Of a stretch of DNA of 64,000 nt, positions 31,201 through 40,233 are shown piece after piece. The stretch comes from Deltaproteobacteria bacterium (GTDB taxonomy: Bacteria; Myxococcota; JACPTQ01): contig JACPTQ010000072.1 in NCBI GenBank assembly GCA_016192705.1, forward strand, positions 6,611-70,610, in the 5' to 3' direction. The notes beneath the pieces are model-generated. The model saw only the letters and a list, made by a program, of their open reading frames with translations. It was not told the origin of the DNA and made no database searches. The position numbers were made by a program, and so were the translations under genes. Numbering within the stretch: the stretch's first letter is position 1; each line of letters opens with the position of its first letter.

Positions 31201-34200
31201 GCCGCGGCTACGGCCTGCGTGATCATGGCGACGAGGGGAGGGTAGATCGTCTTCGTCACCACGGGGAGCTTCAGCACCGCTTCGACGAAGCCGCTCACGA
31301 TCCCGACGAGTGCGGGTCGAAGCATGATGGCCGCTTGGTCGAGGAGCGCATCGATGAGCTTATTCACCGCGTCGGCGATGGCCTGCGTTTTTCCGCCAGG
31401 CGAGGTCATCGCCGCGAAGGGGTCTGGGCAAAGGCCGGTGACGGTCTCGACGATCTTTGCGAGACTGCTGACGATATCGAGAATTTTTCCTGCGCCTGTA
31501 AAGAAGTCCTTTACATCTTTAAAAACAACGCGAACCCTCGGCGGCACGAGTCCGCAAACCGGTTCAATCGCCGAAACCTTTGTTTGCCCCGCAAGGCAAT
31601 CGATCGCGTTCTGCCCGAGCGCGGTGATGAGCCGGCCGACGGGGCCCGTCACGGCGCTGTAAATCTGATCGAGGACGGGCGAGACGATCGTGTCAAACGC
31701 GTCGGAAATCGCTCGCTTTACTCCTTCGGCTATCGGTACGCCATACTGGTCCCAGAGCGCCTTCGCGGAGTTTCCGACGAAGTCGATCGCGTTCTTTCCA
31801 AGGTCGACGACGTACGTGACGGCGCCGACGGCGGCTTGCCCCATCGCCTGAAGCCCGGCGGTCGTGAATTCGCCGACCTTCGCGAATCCGTCGCCGATCC
31901 CTTTCGCGAGACTCCCGCCTTCGACCATGACGTCGCTCATCGCGCTGTTGAACGTGCTCATCGCCGCCTGCGGATCGCTAAACATCTGCCCGACGCCGTT
32001 CGAAACTTTGCCGACCCACTTCCCAAATTTTTCCCACGGCGGCGCCTTGGCATCGGCCTCGCGGCGCGCCTGTTCTTCAAGCGCTCGTCGCCGATCGTCA
32101 GCGGCCTTTGACGCTTTCGTCAGCGCCTCCTGCGCGTTCGCGCAAAAGTCATCGTAACGTTTGTCGCCGTCCGCCAAGAGGGACCTTATTTGCTCAAAGC
32201 CGGTGCAGTTCTTTTCCTTGGCGGTCAGGTTTTTCGGGAAACTGAGCGATGGCAAAAAGTCACCTCTTCCCGATCCTTTGCACCGACTTGAGATTTGGCT
32301 AAGCGTATCGTCGGCGTCTTTCCTATTGCCACTGCCGAGGTGACGCATCGCGGTTTCCACATCGATCCTGATAATTTCGAAGCTGAACCAGAGTGTGCCC
32401 TTAGCCACGTCGTGGCAGTCGTTGAGGCGCGCGGCCGTTTCATCGAACTCCTTTGTTTTCGCCTCGACGAGGTTGGTGACGATCTGTCTCGCGCTTGAGT
32501 AAACCGTGTTAAGCACGACCGTGACGGGGCTCACCATGGCCCCGGCGCAAGGCCCGTCCTTTTTCGAGAACTGCGTGAGAACATGTTTCCCGAGAGCCTC
32601 GATGGTCTTTGCAAATTCTCCCTGGCCGTTTTCAACCCATTTCCCAAAGTCGCTCGCCTTCTCAAAAGGGAATCGCGAGAACGGCGGTTCAAAAACAGCG
32701 CGAAACTTGGCGAGCCCCTGTGAGATGCAGGCGTTTTCTTTCATCCAGAGTACGGTGCCGGCGGTGCTATCGAGGTTGCTCTCGGAAACAAACTTTCGTC
32801 GCGCGTCGGCGGTGGCGAAATGGTTTCGCAGCCCTTGCGGGCCGCCGCCGCCCACGCCGTCGTCGAGCAACTTTCGCATGAGCGTGAGCGCGCGGTTTGG
32901 ACGCGTGCCGCTCGGGTGCTCCGGCAATGTCGGATTCATCAAGTAGCCGGCGATCCCGGGATAATTGGCGCGCAATTCGGCGGTTGCCACGAAGATGAGC
33001 GACTTCACCGCCTCGCCCTTAAGGCGTTCGAGCTCGGCGCCAATCCCGAGCTGACTCAAGAAATAACCACGCTTCTCGCGCACCGACTTTTCGAGTTTCG
33101 CCGGGTCGTTCGCGCCTTTGCACCAGCCCCACATCTCCTTGATGACGGTGCGGAGCGGCGATGCGCGACTCGGATCGCTCGCGTCGTCGAAGAGCAGCAT
33201 GCCAGCGATCGATGGATAGTGGTCGAGCTCCGTCGCGAATTCACGACGAAGAGCGGCGATGGCGGCGTCACGATTGGGACTTCCGACCTTTAGTTTGTCG
33301 AGCAGGGAGCCCTGCTCTTGCGTTAGCTTTGCTCGGACGTTTGCGGCGTCCAAGCGTTCAGTGGACGAAAACCGGCGGAGCAGCGCCTTAAAGAACGGGT
33401 TCCCAGAACTCGTAACCGCCGGAATGATTTGCGGCGAACACGTGATGGCGTCCTTGAACACCGTGAGAAGCGACGAACGAACAGTCTCTTCGCGCAACCG
33501 AACGTATTCCGCTTCAACTTTGTCACTCACCGGCTTTTCCAGGAGCGGCGCGATGAAGTTCGCAAGGTTCCGGCTCTGTGGAATCCGTCTTTGGTCTCGC
33601 GACGAAATGATCTGCCAATCGGCGGGCGTGAGTTTGACGTTGCTCGTCTTCGCGAGCGCCGTTTTCAGCAGGTCGGATGATGGGTCTTTGAAGATCGCGC
33701 GAAGGCCGGGCTCCACTTTGGTGTAATGGAAATACGCAAGGTCGAGGGCGTTGACGATTTCGAGCCCGTCGATGCACTTCGATAGCGCGACCGCAACCTG
33801 GTTCGGGTCTTTGTTAAACCCGAACTTTGGGAACTGGCGTTTGATCGCCGCGTAAAGGACCTCATACCGTTCGTTGACGCAAAGCCGCTCGCGTTTGAAA
33901 ACATCGAGTCCTGTTTCGGTCAGCGCTCGAATCAACTCGGACTGCCTTGACCAGTTGCCTCGTATATCCTGCTCCCATTTGCCTGGCGGCGACGTCCGTA
34001 TCCAATCCGCGGCGGCCTGAACTACGCGGCCGTTCGGATGAACGGCGGCGCCAAGCACGGTTGGGAAGTTCTGCCGAACGATCGGAAAGAGACTCGCAAT
34101 CACTTGCCCCGCATACAATCGCCGCAATTTGTCGAGCTCGCCAAAGATCGCCTTGAATCCAGGGAAGCCGGTCTTATTTGCCTTGAGTTTCTCAAAAAGC

Positions 34201-35249
34201 TCGTCGCGTAAAACTTGTTCGGGCGATATGATCTGGCCGGACCTGCGGGTCACTGGGCCGCCCACTTCGAAGTCGTTGAACCGTCCCCGCCCCGACCCCG
34301 TAGGTTTTTTTAGCTTGGTGAATGAGGCCACAACGGCGTCGATGGCGGCGCGCATCGGAACTCCGTTTGGGTCGAGAAGGACCGGCCGCAGTTTGTATCC
34401 GACGGAGCTGTCTTCGTCGGCATAGACGAGCGGAAGGACTTGGCTCGCGACGGACGGCGCGTAGCAGCGAGCGACCGCAGCTTTGATCGCAGGGGTCCAG
34501 TCGACTTCTTTCATCCGCGACTGAAGACGCACGAGAACCTGGCGTTCGCGTCCAGGTCTGACAACGATTGGTTCCTGGAGCCGGCGCGCGAGGATTTCCG
34601 GGAGCTCTGTTTGCCGCGTCGCCTCGATGGCTTCGACGACGATCGCGCAACCGCCGATCGACGCGGGCAGACTGCCCATATAGATGTTGATTGCCTGACG
34701 CTGTGCCGTGAGGGCGATCCGCTCAACGTCCGCGAAGGTGAGTTTTTCCGCGACCATCTCGGCTTCGATTTCGTCGATCCGCTCCTTGGGGGGTGCCGGT
34801 GCCCTCGCGGCCCCCGCTCCATAGAAAACACGACGAAGGACGCCCCACTCGATGAGGTTGCGCCGCATCTTCGAGTCGCTCTGCAGCTCCTTGATGAGCG
34901 CCGTCATGATTGGAGCCACGGAGAGGTCTTGGCCGAACCCCGGGACGTTGGCGAGCGCTTTTTTCCACCGTTCAAACTCCCGCGGATCGGGCTCTCGTCC
35001 TAAGACAGTCTTGTAGGCGTACGCGGTGTTTCGACAGATGGTGCTTTCATTGTTTGGAGCGCACCCCGTGGTCGTCGCGCGCGTAAGCGCACGGCACGTG
35101 TCGTGTGTGTGCCAGGCGCACCAATCGGCGGCGCGGTCAGGTTTCCGCTGCGCTTGCACAGACGCTGGCACCGACCAAGCGAGCAAGAACGCCGGCATAA
35201 CGAGTCTGGCCATCCGAGTTTTCCACTTAAAACGTGCTGCAAACCGCAT
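28278..35249 (-). CDS. Giant secreted, largely alpha-helical Cys-rich protein (2323 aa), function unknown
   Basis: Long uninterrupted ORF, GGGAGGAG RBS, Sec-type leader (...LLAWSVPASVQA-Q), DUF4214-like AYKTVLGREPD motif, repeats with paired Cys, Gly-rich hydrophobic hairpin. Confidence 0.88.
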   Translation of the reverse strand: MRFAARFKWKTRMARLVMPAFLLAWSVPASVQAQRKPDRAADWCAWHTHDTCRALTRATTTGCAPNNESTICRNTAYAYKTVLGREPDPREFERWKKALANVPGFGQDLSVAPIMTALIKELQSDSKMRRNLIEWGVLRRVFYGAGAARAPAPPKERIDEIEAEMVAEKLTFADVERIALTAQRQAINIYMGSLPASIGGCAIVVEAIEATRQTELPEILARRLQEPIVVRPGRERQVLVRLQSRMKEVDWTPAIKAAVARCYAPSVASQVLPLVYADEDSSVGYKLRPVLLDPNGVPMRAAIDAVVASFTKLKKPTGSGRGRFNDFEVGGPVTRRSGQIISPEQVLRDELFEKLKANKTGFPGFKAIFGELDKLRRLYAGQVIASLFPIVRQNFPTVLGAAVHPNGRVVQAAADWIRTSPPGKWEQDIRGNWSRQSELIRALTETGLDVFKRERLCVNERYEVLYAAIKRQFPKFGFNKDPNQVAVALSKCIDGLEIVNALDLAYFHYTKVEPGLRAIFKDPSSDLLKTALAKTSNVKLTPADWQIISSRDQRRIPQSRNLANFIAPLLEKPVSDKVEAEYVRLREETVRSSLLTVFKDAITCSPQIIPAVTSSGNPFFKALLRRFSSTERLDAANVRAKLTQEQGSLLDKLKVGSPNRDAAIAALRREFATELDHYPSIAGMLLFDDASDPSRASPLRTVIKEMWGWCKGANDPAKLEKSVREKRGYFLSQLGIGAELERLKGEAVKSLIFVATAELRANYPGIAGYLMNPTLPEHPSGTRPNRALTLMRKLLDDGVGGGGPQGLRNHFATADARRKFVSESNLDSTAGTVLWMKENACISQGLAKFRAVFEPPFSRFPFEKASDFGKWVENGQGEFAKTIEALGKHVLTQFSKKDGPCAGAMVSPVTVVLNTVYSSARQIVTNLVEAKTKEFDETAARLNDCHDVAKGTLWFSFEIIRIDVETAMRHLGSGNRKDADDTLSQISSRCKGSGRGDFLPSLSFPKNLTAKEKNCTGFEQIRSLLADGDKRYDDFCANAQEALTKASKAADDRRRALEEQARREADAKAPPWEKFGKWVGKVSNGVGQMFSDPQAAMSTFNSAMSDVMVEGGSLAKGIGDGFAKVGEFTTAGLQAMGQAAVGAVTYVVDLGKNAIDFVGNSAKALWDQYGVPIAEGVKRAISDAFDTIVSPVLDQIYSAVTGPVGRLITALGQNAIDCLAGQTKVSAIEPVCGLVPPRVRVVFKDVKDFFTGAGKILDIVSSLAKIVETVTGLCPDPFAAMTSPGGKTQAIADAVNKLIDALLDQAAIMLRPALVGIVSGFVEAVLKLPVVTKTIYPPLVAMITQAVAAAGATLGGVGALLGPVAGVLSHFALNALHDTFLAPLIAEKVSDFVFDGTAIPVVNIRIPGAKELVRNFVLKPLLNQSFDALRPVLSEPLKALCKGVGAVIPLDKLRDAARKLGAITEQKEYGPGDLILAAVQRLADFAEKESNRFGDGIKFLGDVFGAWGLGMPPDLMTFAGKIATESGRRFGVELRLSCGNKQLKGGDVAALAKEVFDCIGPVALNALQESTIVSAVAEIAKGATSKSGLDAAWGAFVGSFGGFKLSFPALPGKLDELLKSGLDAGAAVFGRFVGQVCSSVTRDIGKGEGIKKFLENLFNCLGVGAQIGLAAGALDAFSGLGFGAIKGGLSSLFGALGRAIPGDFNVAAMLDKASGAAVEKFGLQIRAACVNLAFEGNDWRGAFDRFVTGVVACLRREAESALIVGRNALVKEALMKVVDAARGEGETFRLQFANLAGFFENAGLNFSLNFGGAGSVNLPDMLKGVGANIGRYGIPAMSQCLESCIGADGSKLNIGANVDWGALVSQAGSCAGTALAAAAYDGTVRWIANEARSGTLKGAVVDNIEKLASAVKLGFPKDLRDKVATLTDTGFSTFANELESNPKCKPSCGGSANFSGMLKNATECLAESLNAAAGEALKVFACSEYRKALNRTISSADDGLKAVDAFFGDARMRGVPGVSDLKSAIGKVASAGRDTFVRKASDCCENNLTRNVGATFGAVVKCTSVAAEDAVKAAGAAAQGPAATSQSPVVDPAGKWQGNANNHRFDLEIARAGSGYQLDLRFGGAGRENIDSVSFDPATRVLELRRVSPGWWQWYRLTVSANSLEGRFSNLQQAQKPNLSEFKYGVTAQRAGWPSGFASRLVRDVVPAIAGPHENPVGRQFIYRSNLEPIKNLLPEMEGSVLIQGGSGVPPVFTLTEPAIVYHTDAYDHTKCQPPGGGWTKVGTIYRASDNHPWGVYRKRVPAGRFEAARCSNNTAVFVKRIP

Positions 35250-35281
35250 TCTCTCCTCCCGTCATCGACCTTCTATATCCT

Positions 35282-35309
35282 TTTGACGGGGGGGGGGGGG
35301 ATTTATTCA
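35282..35309 (-). promoter_or_regulatory. ECF-sigma-like promoter TGAATA-N15-CGTCAAA with a C13 homopolymer
   Basis: Minus strand TTTGAATAAAT-C13-GTCAAAA, ~35 bp upstream of the 2323-aa start; matches three other copies. Confidence 0.7.
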
Positions 35310-35681
35310 AAGTTTTTTTGGGGGGCTTCCGTCACCGTTCCGATGCCCCCAGTCAGCGCAATCGCATCTAAAAAGACCAGGTAGCAGGTTGATGGTATTC
35401 GTCCGTGACTCTCAACAATTTCGTTTTGGCGCGAGTTATTCGCGTGCACCCAAGAGGCGAACCCGCCGGGTCGCATGGGCACGGCGAGCCGGTCGGCGAT
35501 CTGCCGTCACAAGGTCCACCCCCAGCGACTCAGGGCCTGTGCATTTTTCCGCACCGTGTTAGGGTGAGAACATCGAAGGTTCGTGTTCCCACGGTGTTTG
35601 AGCGCCCCGAGAACAGGCGGAGGACGGACACGCTGCGAGATTTGACCGCGTTTCAGGGCGTTTGTTAGATTGAGAGCAACG

Positions 35682-36365
35682 ATGAACGACGTGGCTTCAC
35701 AGTCCGGCGGCTCCGAAGTTCTTTTTCAGCGGTTTGGTCGCCAGGCGCCAGCCGGGACGGTCCTATTCCGGGAGGGCGATTCCGGCGAGGAGATGTATGT
35801 CATTCAGAGTGGCCGCGTGCAGATAACGGTTACGGTTCGTGGCATCGAGAGGATGCTCGACGAGCTTGGGCCCGGTGAGTTTTTTGGCGAGATGGCGATC
35901 CTAAACGCGCGACCGCGGAGCGCCACGGCGACCGTTATCGAGGAGGCGCAACTCCTCGTGGTTGGCGCGAAAACGCTCGAGGCGATGATTCGCGGAAACA
36001 CGGAGATCGCGGTGCGCATGGTCAAGAAGCTCGCGGAGCGACTCGACGAGGCGGACCGAGTTATCGAGAACCTGATGTTGCGTGACTTGGCGAGTCGCGT
36101 TGTGCACCATTTGCAGGGCCTCGCGGAGACAGCCGGCGTCGCGGCGACCGAAGGCGGTGTGCGGATTCAAACAACGCCGAGTGAAGTTTCGCAAGCCATT
36201 TTGGTGCCGCTCGAAACCGTCGGGGATGTTTTCGCGCGGCTCGTAAAGGCGAATCTGCTCAAGCCCGAAGCGGGCGGCGCGTTTGTTATTCCAGACCCCG
36301 CAGCGATGGGGCAGTTTCTGGAATTCTTGGGGATGAAGGCGCGCTTCGAGCGACCGCTCACATGA
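35682..36365 (+). CDS. Crp/Fnr family cNMP-binding transcriptional regulator
   Basis: LFREGD, GEFFGEMAIL...PRSATA cNMP pocket, C-terminal HTH-like segment. Confidence 0.9.
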   Translation: MNDVASQSGGSEVLFQRFGRQAPAGTVLFREGDSGEEMYVIQSGRVQITVTVRGIERMLDELGPGEFFGEMAILNARPRSATATVIEEAQLLVVGAKTLEAMIRGNTEIAVRMVKKLAERLDEADRVIENLMLRDLASRVVHHLQGLAETAGVAATEGGVRIQTTPSEVSQAILVPLETVGDVFARLVKANLLKPEAGGAFVIPDPAAMGQFLEFLGMKARFERPLT

Positions 36366-36375
36366 AAGTCGGAAA

Positions 36376-37137
36376 TTGAAATTCCGTGTGCTCGGCTGCC
36401 ACGGCGGCGAAGCGCCTGGGTTTCGCGCGACGGCGTTTCTCATCGACGATGTGTTTGCGATCGACGCGGGCGGGATTGTTGGCGCGCTCCCGATCACGGC
36501 GCAGGCGCGGCTGGAAGCCGTGGCGCTCTCACACATCCACCTTGACCACATGAAAGATCTCGCGATGGTCGCCGACAACACGTTTGCGCTTCGCCGGTCC
36601 CCGCTCGACGTTTATGGAGCCGAGACGACGGTTAAGCATTTGAAGCGGCATCTGTTCAACGATAAGCTTTGGCCCGATTTCACGCGGATACCGACCGCGT
36701 CGCGGCCGACGATTCGTTTGCATTCGGTGTCCCTTGAGAAAGACGTTCGGATCGGACGACTCACGATCCGAGCGATCCCCGTGTTTCATACGGTCGAGTC
36801 GGTCGCGTTTCTCGTGTCGGATGGCAGCGGCACGATCGCCGTGTCGGGCGACACCGGGCCGACGACGCGACTTTGGGAAGTCTTGAACGGCACCCACGAT
36901 TTGCGCGCGGTGCTCGTCGAATGTTCGTTTCCGAATGCGCTGCAAGAGGTCGCCGACCTTTCGGGTCACTTCACGCCGCAAACACTGAAAACCGAGCTCG
37001 AAAAACTCGCGAACCGCGACGTGCCGATCTTTGTTTATCATCTGAAGCCACCGTTTTATGGCGAGGTGGCGCGCGAGTTGCGCGGGATGGGGCGGCGCCT
37101 TCGGATTTTGAAGCTCGCCGATGAGTTTCGATTCTAG
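36376..37137 (+). CDS. Class II (metallo-beta-lactamase fold) 3',5'-cyclic nucleotide phosphodiesterase
   Basis: VLGCHGG, SHIHLDH, FN..LWPDF, SGDTGP, SGHFTP, YHLKP. Confidence 0.88.
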   Translation: MKFRVLGCHGGEAPGFRATAFLIDDVFAIDAGGIVGALPITAQARLEAVALSHIHLDHMKDLAMVADNTFALRRSPLDVYGAETTVKHLKRHLFNDKLWPDFTRIPTASRPTIRLHSVSLEKDVRIGRLTIRAIPVFHTVESVAFLVSDGSGTIAVSGDTGPTTRLWEVLNGTHDLRAVLVECSFPNALQEVADLSGHFTPQTLKTELEKLANRDVPIFVYHLKPPFYGEVARELRGMGRRLRILKLADEFRF

Positions 37138-37139
37138 GA

Positions 37140-38066
37140 ATGGCGTGGTGGAAAAAAGAGAAGCCGCCTGAGACGGTGAATTCCGGCGCGGTGATTTCGC
37201 GAACCGCGGATGGCCTTTGGCGCAAGTGCGATGGGTGCGGTGAAATTCTCTATGCGCAAGAGGTTGCGAAAAACGCCGAGGTGTGTCCGCGGTGTCAGTT
37301 GCACTTTCCGATCTCGGTCACGAACCGGATCGCGTTTCATTTCGACGAGGGTTCATTTCGCGAAACGGACGCGGGGGTTCGTGGCGCCGATCCGCTGGAG
37401 TTTCGCGACAGCAAGAAATACCGAGATCGTCTCAAGGCGGCTGAAAAATCGGTTGGCCGTAAGGACGCCATCGTCACCGGTTCGGCGTGGATGGAGGGGA
37501 TCCCGGTGCGCGCGGGGCTTTTTGATTTCGCGTTCATGGGGGGGAGCATGGGGTCTGCCGTCGGCGAAAAGATCGCGCGGCTCTTCGATGGCGCGCTCGC
37601 GGCGGGGCTGCCGGTCGTCCTTTTTTCGTGTTCGGGCGGTGCGCGCATGCAGGAGGGGACGCTGTCGCTTATGCAGATGGCGAAGACGGTTCAGGCGATC
37701 GCGCGGTTTCGTGCGGGTGCGGCCCGCGAGGGTGTTGCGCGCCCGTTTGTTTCGGTCTTGCTGAATCCAACGACCGGTGGTGTTGCCGCGAGTTTTTCGA
37801 TGCTCGGCGACATCATCGTTGCGGAGCCCAAAGCGCTTGTTGGCTTCGCAGGGCCACGCGTCATTCAAGAAACGTTGCGCGAGAAGTTGCCGCCAGGGTT
37901 TCAGCGCGCGGAATATCTGCTCGAGCATGGAATGATCGATGCGGTTGTCGAGCGTCGAGAGCTGAAGACGTGGATCGCGCGGTCGTTGCGATTGCTCGGG
38001 TGCACGGTCGACCCGAAGAGCGTTGCGCATCGCTCGGGAGCCACCGCGAGCGCGAAAACGGAATGA
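37140..38066 (+). CDS. accD: Acetyl-CoA carboxylase carboxyltransferase beta subunit
   Basis: LWRKCDGC...CPRC zinc ribbon, FMGGSMG, SGGARMQEG, FAGPRVI. Confidence 0.96.
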   Translation: MAWWKKEKPPETVNSGAVISRTADGLWRKCDGCGEILYAQEVAKNAEVCPRCQLHFPISVTNRIAFHFDEGSFRETDAGVRGADPLEFRDSKKYRDRLKAAEKSVGRKDAIVTGSAWMEGIPVRAGLFDFAFMGGSMGSAVGEKIARLFDGALAAGLPVVLFSCSGGARMQEGTLSLMQMAKTVQAIARFRAGAAREGVARPFVSVLLNPTTGGVAASFSMLGDIIVAEPKALVGFAGPRVIQETLREKLPPGFQRAEYLLEHGMIDAVVERRELKTWIARSLRLLGCTVDPKSVAHRSGATASAKTE

Positions 38067-39448
38067 ACGTTGGCGCACGATTCGCTATGATGCGGACGCG
38101 CATGAAAAAGCCGACCGCGGAATACGAAACCGTCATCTTGGGCGCGGGGCTCGCGGGGCTTTCCGCGGCGCTTCACTTGGAGCGCGATTACATTGTCGTG
38201 GAACAGGGCGCGGCCGTCGGCGGTCTTGCGCAAACGGATGTCGTTGACGGTTTCTACTTCGATCGCACGGGGCACTGGCTCCACCTGCGCGACCCGGGGA
38301 TCAAGGCGATGGTCGATGAGTTTATTGGCCATCGACTGGTGAACGTCGTTCGCAAGAGCAAGATTTTTTCGCACGGCGTTTACACGCACTACCCATTTCA
38401 AGCGAACACGTACGGACTCCCGCCGAAGGTCGTCGAAGAATGCCTGCTCGGATTCATCACGGCACCCGCTCGTACGGCACCCGCCCGCGGTCTCAAGAGG
38501 CTGCGCGACCCGAAAAATTTTGAAGAGTTCATCTTTTTTCATTTCGGCGAAGGGATCGCGCGACACTTTATGATCCCTTACAACACGAAGCTTTGGGGTG
38601 TGCCGCCGCGCGAGATCACAAGCGAGTGGTGTTCGCGCTTTGTGCCGCGCCCGACGATCGATGAGGTTGTTCGCGGTGCACTCGGGTTGTCGCGCGAGCA
38701 GATTGGCTACAACGCAACTTACCTCTATCCGAAGGACGCGGGGATCGATGTCTTGCCGCAAGCCCTCGCCGTGCGCGTGTCGCCGCTGCGACTCTCGACG
38801 AGCGCCGTGGCCATCGACCTCGCGCGGCGCCAAGTCACACTGTCGTCTGGCGAAACGCTCGCGTATCGCCACCTCATTTCGACGCTGCCATTGCCCGCGC
38901 TCGTCGCGATGTCGCGTCCGGTCACGGCGACAATTCGGACGCTCGCAAAAAAACTTCGGCACACCTCGGTCATGTTCGCGAACTTCGGCGTGCGCGGTCG
39001 GGCGCCGATCGACTCACAGTGGATCTACTATCCCGAGACGCGATTCCCCTTTTACCGCGCGGGAATCCCGACGAACGCCGTCGCTGCGCTCGCTCCGCCC
39101 GGCCACTACTCGCTTTACGTCGAAGTCTCTCATCGCGGCGAGCTGGTTGCGGACAAAGTGCTTCCGGCGCTTCGGGCCGCGGTCGTCGATGCGGGACTCG
39201 TCTGCGACGCGCGCGACATTGTCGTCGAGCGGATGTGTAACATTCCGTGTGCGTATGTGATTTTTGATGACAACTACTTTCGGGGCGTGCGGACGATCTT
39301 GCCGTGGCTCGCGCGACAAGGGGTTCTCTCGACGGGGCGATACGGAAAGTGGACGTATTGTTCCATGGAAGACGCCATGATGATGGGGCGCGAGGCGGCC
39401 GCCGACGTACGACGCGGCGCACGGGGGCGGAGGGCGAGAAAAAAATGA
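38063..39448 (+). CDS. FAD-dependent oxidoreductase (UDP-galactopyranose-mutase/protoporphyrinogen-oxidase-like)
   Basis: ILGAGLAGL, FDRTGH, PYNTKLWG, GRYGKWTY.SMEDA. Confidence 0.8.
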   Translation: MNVGARFAMMRTRMKKPTAEYETVILGAGLAGLSAALHLERDYIVVEQGAAVGGLAQTDVVDGFYFDRTGHWLHLRDPGIKAMVDEFIGHRLVNVVRKSKIFSHGVYTHYPFQANTYGLPPKVVEECLLGFITAPARTAPARGLKRLRDPKNFEEFIFFHFGEGIARHFMIPYNTKLWGVPPREITSEWCSRFVPRPTIDEVVRGALGLSREQIGYNATYLYPKDAGIDVLPQALAVRVSPLRLSTSAVAIDLARRQVTLSSGETLAYRHLISTLPLPALVAMSRPVTATIRTLAKKLRHTSVMFANFGVRGRAPIDSQWIYYPETRFPFYRAGIPTNAVAALAPPGHYSLYVEVSHRGELVADKVLPALRAAVVDAGLVCDARDIVVERMCNIPCAYVIFDDNYFRGVRTILPWLARQGVLSTGRYGKWTYCSMEDAMMMGREAAADVRRGARGRRARKK

Positions 39449-40233
39449 AGGCTGAAGCACCAGCGATCAAAGGGGCCGGGAGTAAGAAGAGAATGGGCGC
39501 GGCGCGGGCAAAGAGGGCGTCTCTGGCGGCGCCTCGGCTTTCGATCGTCATCCCGGTCTACAATGAGCACGCCATTATGGCGGATGCGGTCGCGGGGCTT
39601 CGCGAGAAGCTCGCGGAGTGGGGGGTAACGTACGAAATCATTTTGTCGGAAAACGGGAGCCGCGACGAAACGCTCGCCATCGCCAATCGCATCGCTGAAA
39701 AACACGCCGACGTGCGCGTCCTGCACACCGAAGAGGCGAATTACGGGAAAGCGCTCAGGCGTGGCATTCAGGATGCGCGTGCGGATGTGGTCGTGTGCGA
39801 CGAGATCGATTTGTGCGACGTCGACTTTCACCGGCGCGCGCTTGAACTTCTCGAGTCGGGCGAGGCCGATTTCGTGGTGGGTTCGAAGCGTCTCGCCGAT
39901 TCGGACGACGAGCGCCCCGCGTATCGACAGCTCGCGACGTACGTGTTCAACGGGCTCTTGCGCGTGATGCTCGGCTTTCATGGGACCGACACGCATGGGC
40001 TTAAAGCGTTTCGGCGCGAGACGGTTTTGGCGACGGTGCGGGAGTGCCTTGTCGACCGCGACCTTTTCGCGAGCGAGCTCGTGATTCGCTCGGAACACGC
40101 GGGCCTCCGCATGCGTGAAATCCCCGTGCGCGTCATCGAGAAGCGGCCACCGTCGGTCAACTTGTTTAAGCGCGTGCCGAACGTGCTGAAGAACCTCGTG
40201 CGGCTCTTCGTCGCAATTCGCATTCGCGGGTGA
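39445..40233 (+). CDS. Glycosyltransferase family 2
   Basis: SIVIPVYNE, ENGSRDET, NYGKAL, DTHGLKAF. Confidence 0.9.
   Translation: MKAEAPAIKGAGSKKRMGAARAKRASLAAPRLSIVIPVYNEHAIMADAVAGLREKLAEWGVTYEIILSENGSRDETLAIANRIAEKHADVRVLHTEEANYGKALRRGIQDARADVVVCDEIDLCDVDFHRRALELLESGEADFVVGSKRLADSDDERPAYRQLATYVFNGLLRVMLGFHGTDTHGLKAFRRETVLATVRECLVDRDLFASELVIRSEHAGLRMREIPVRVIEKRPPSVNLFKRVPNVLKNLVRLFVAIRIRG

Noticed and set aside
35400..35670. ncRNA (6S/SRP-like) in the intergenic region with a CACCGTG/CACGGTG hairpin
   Set aside because: Only a short hairpin; no recognisable conserved motif.
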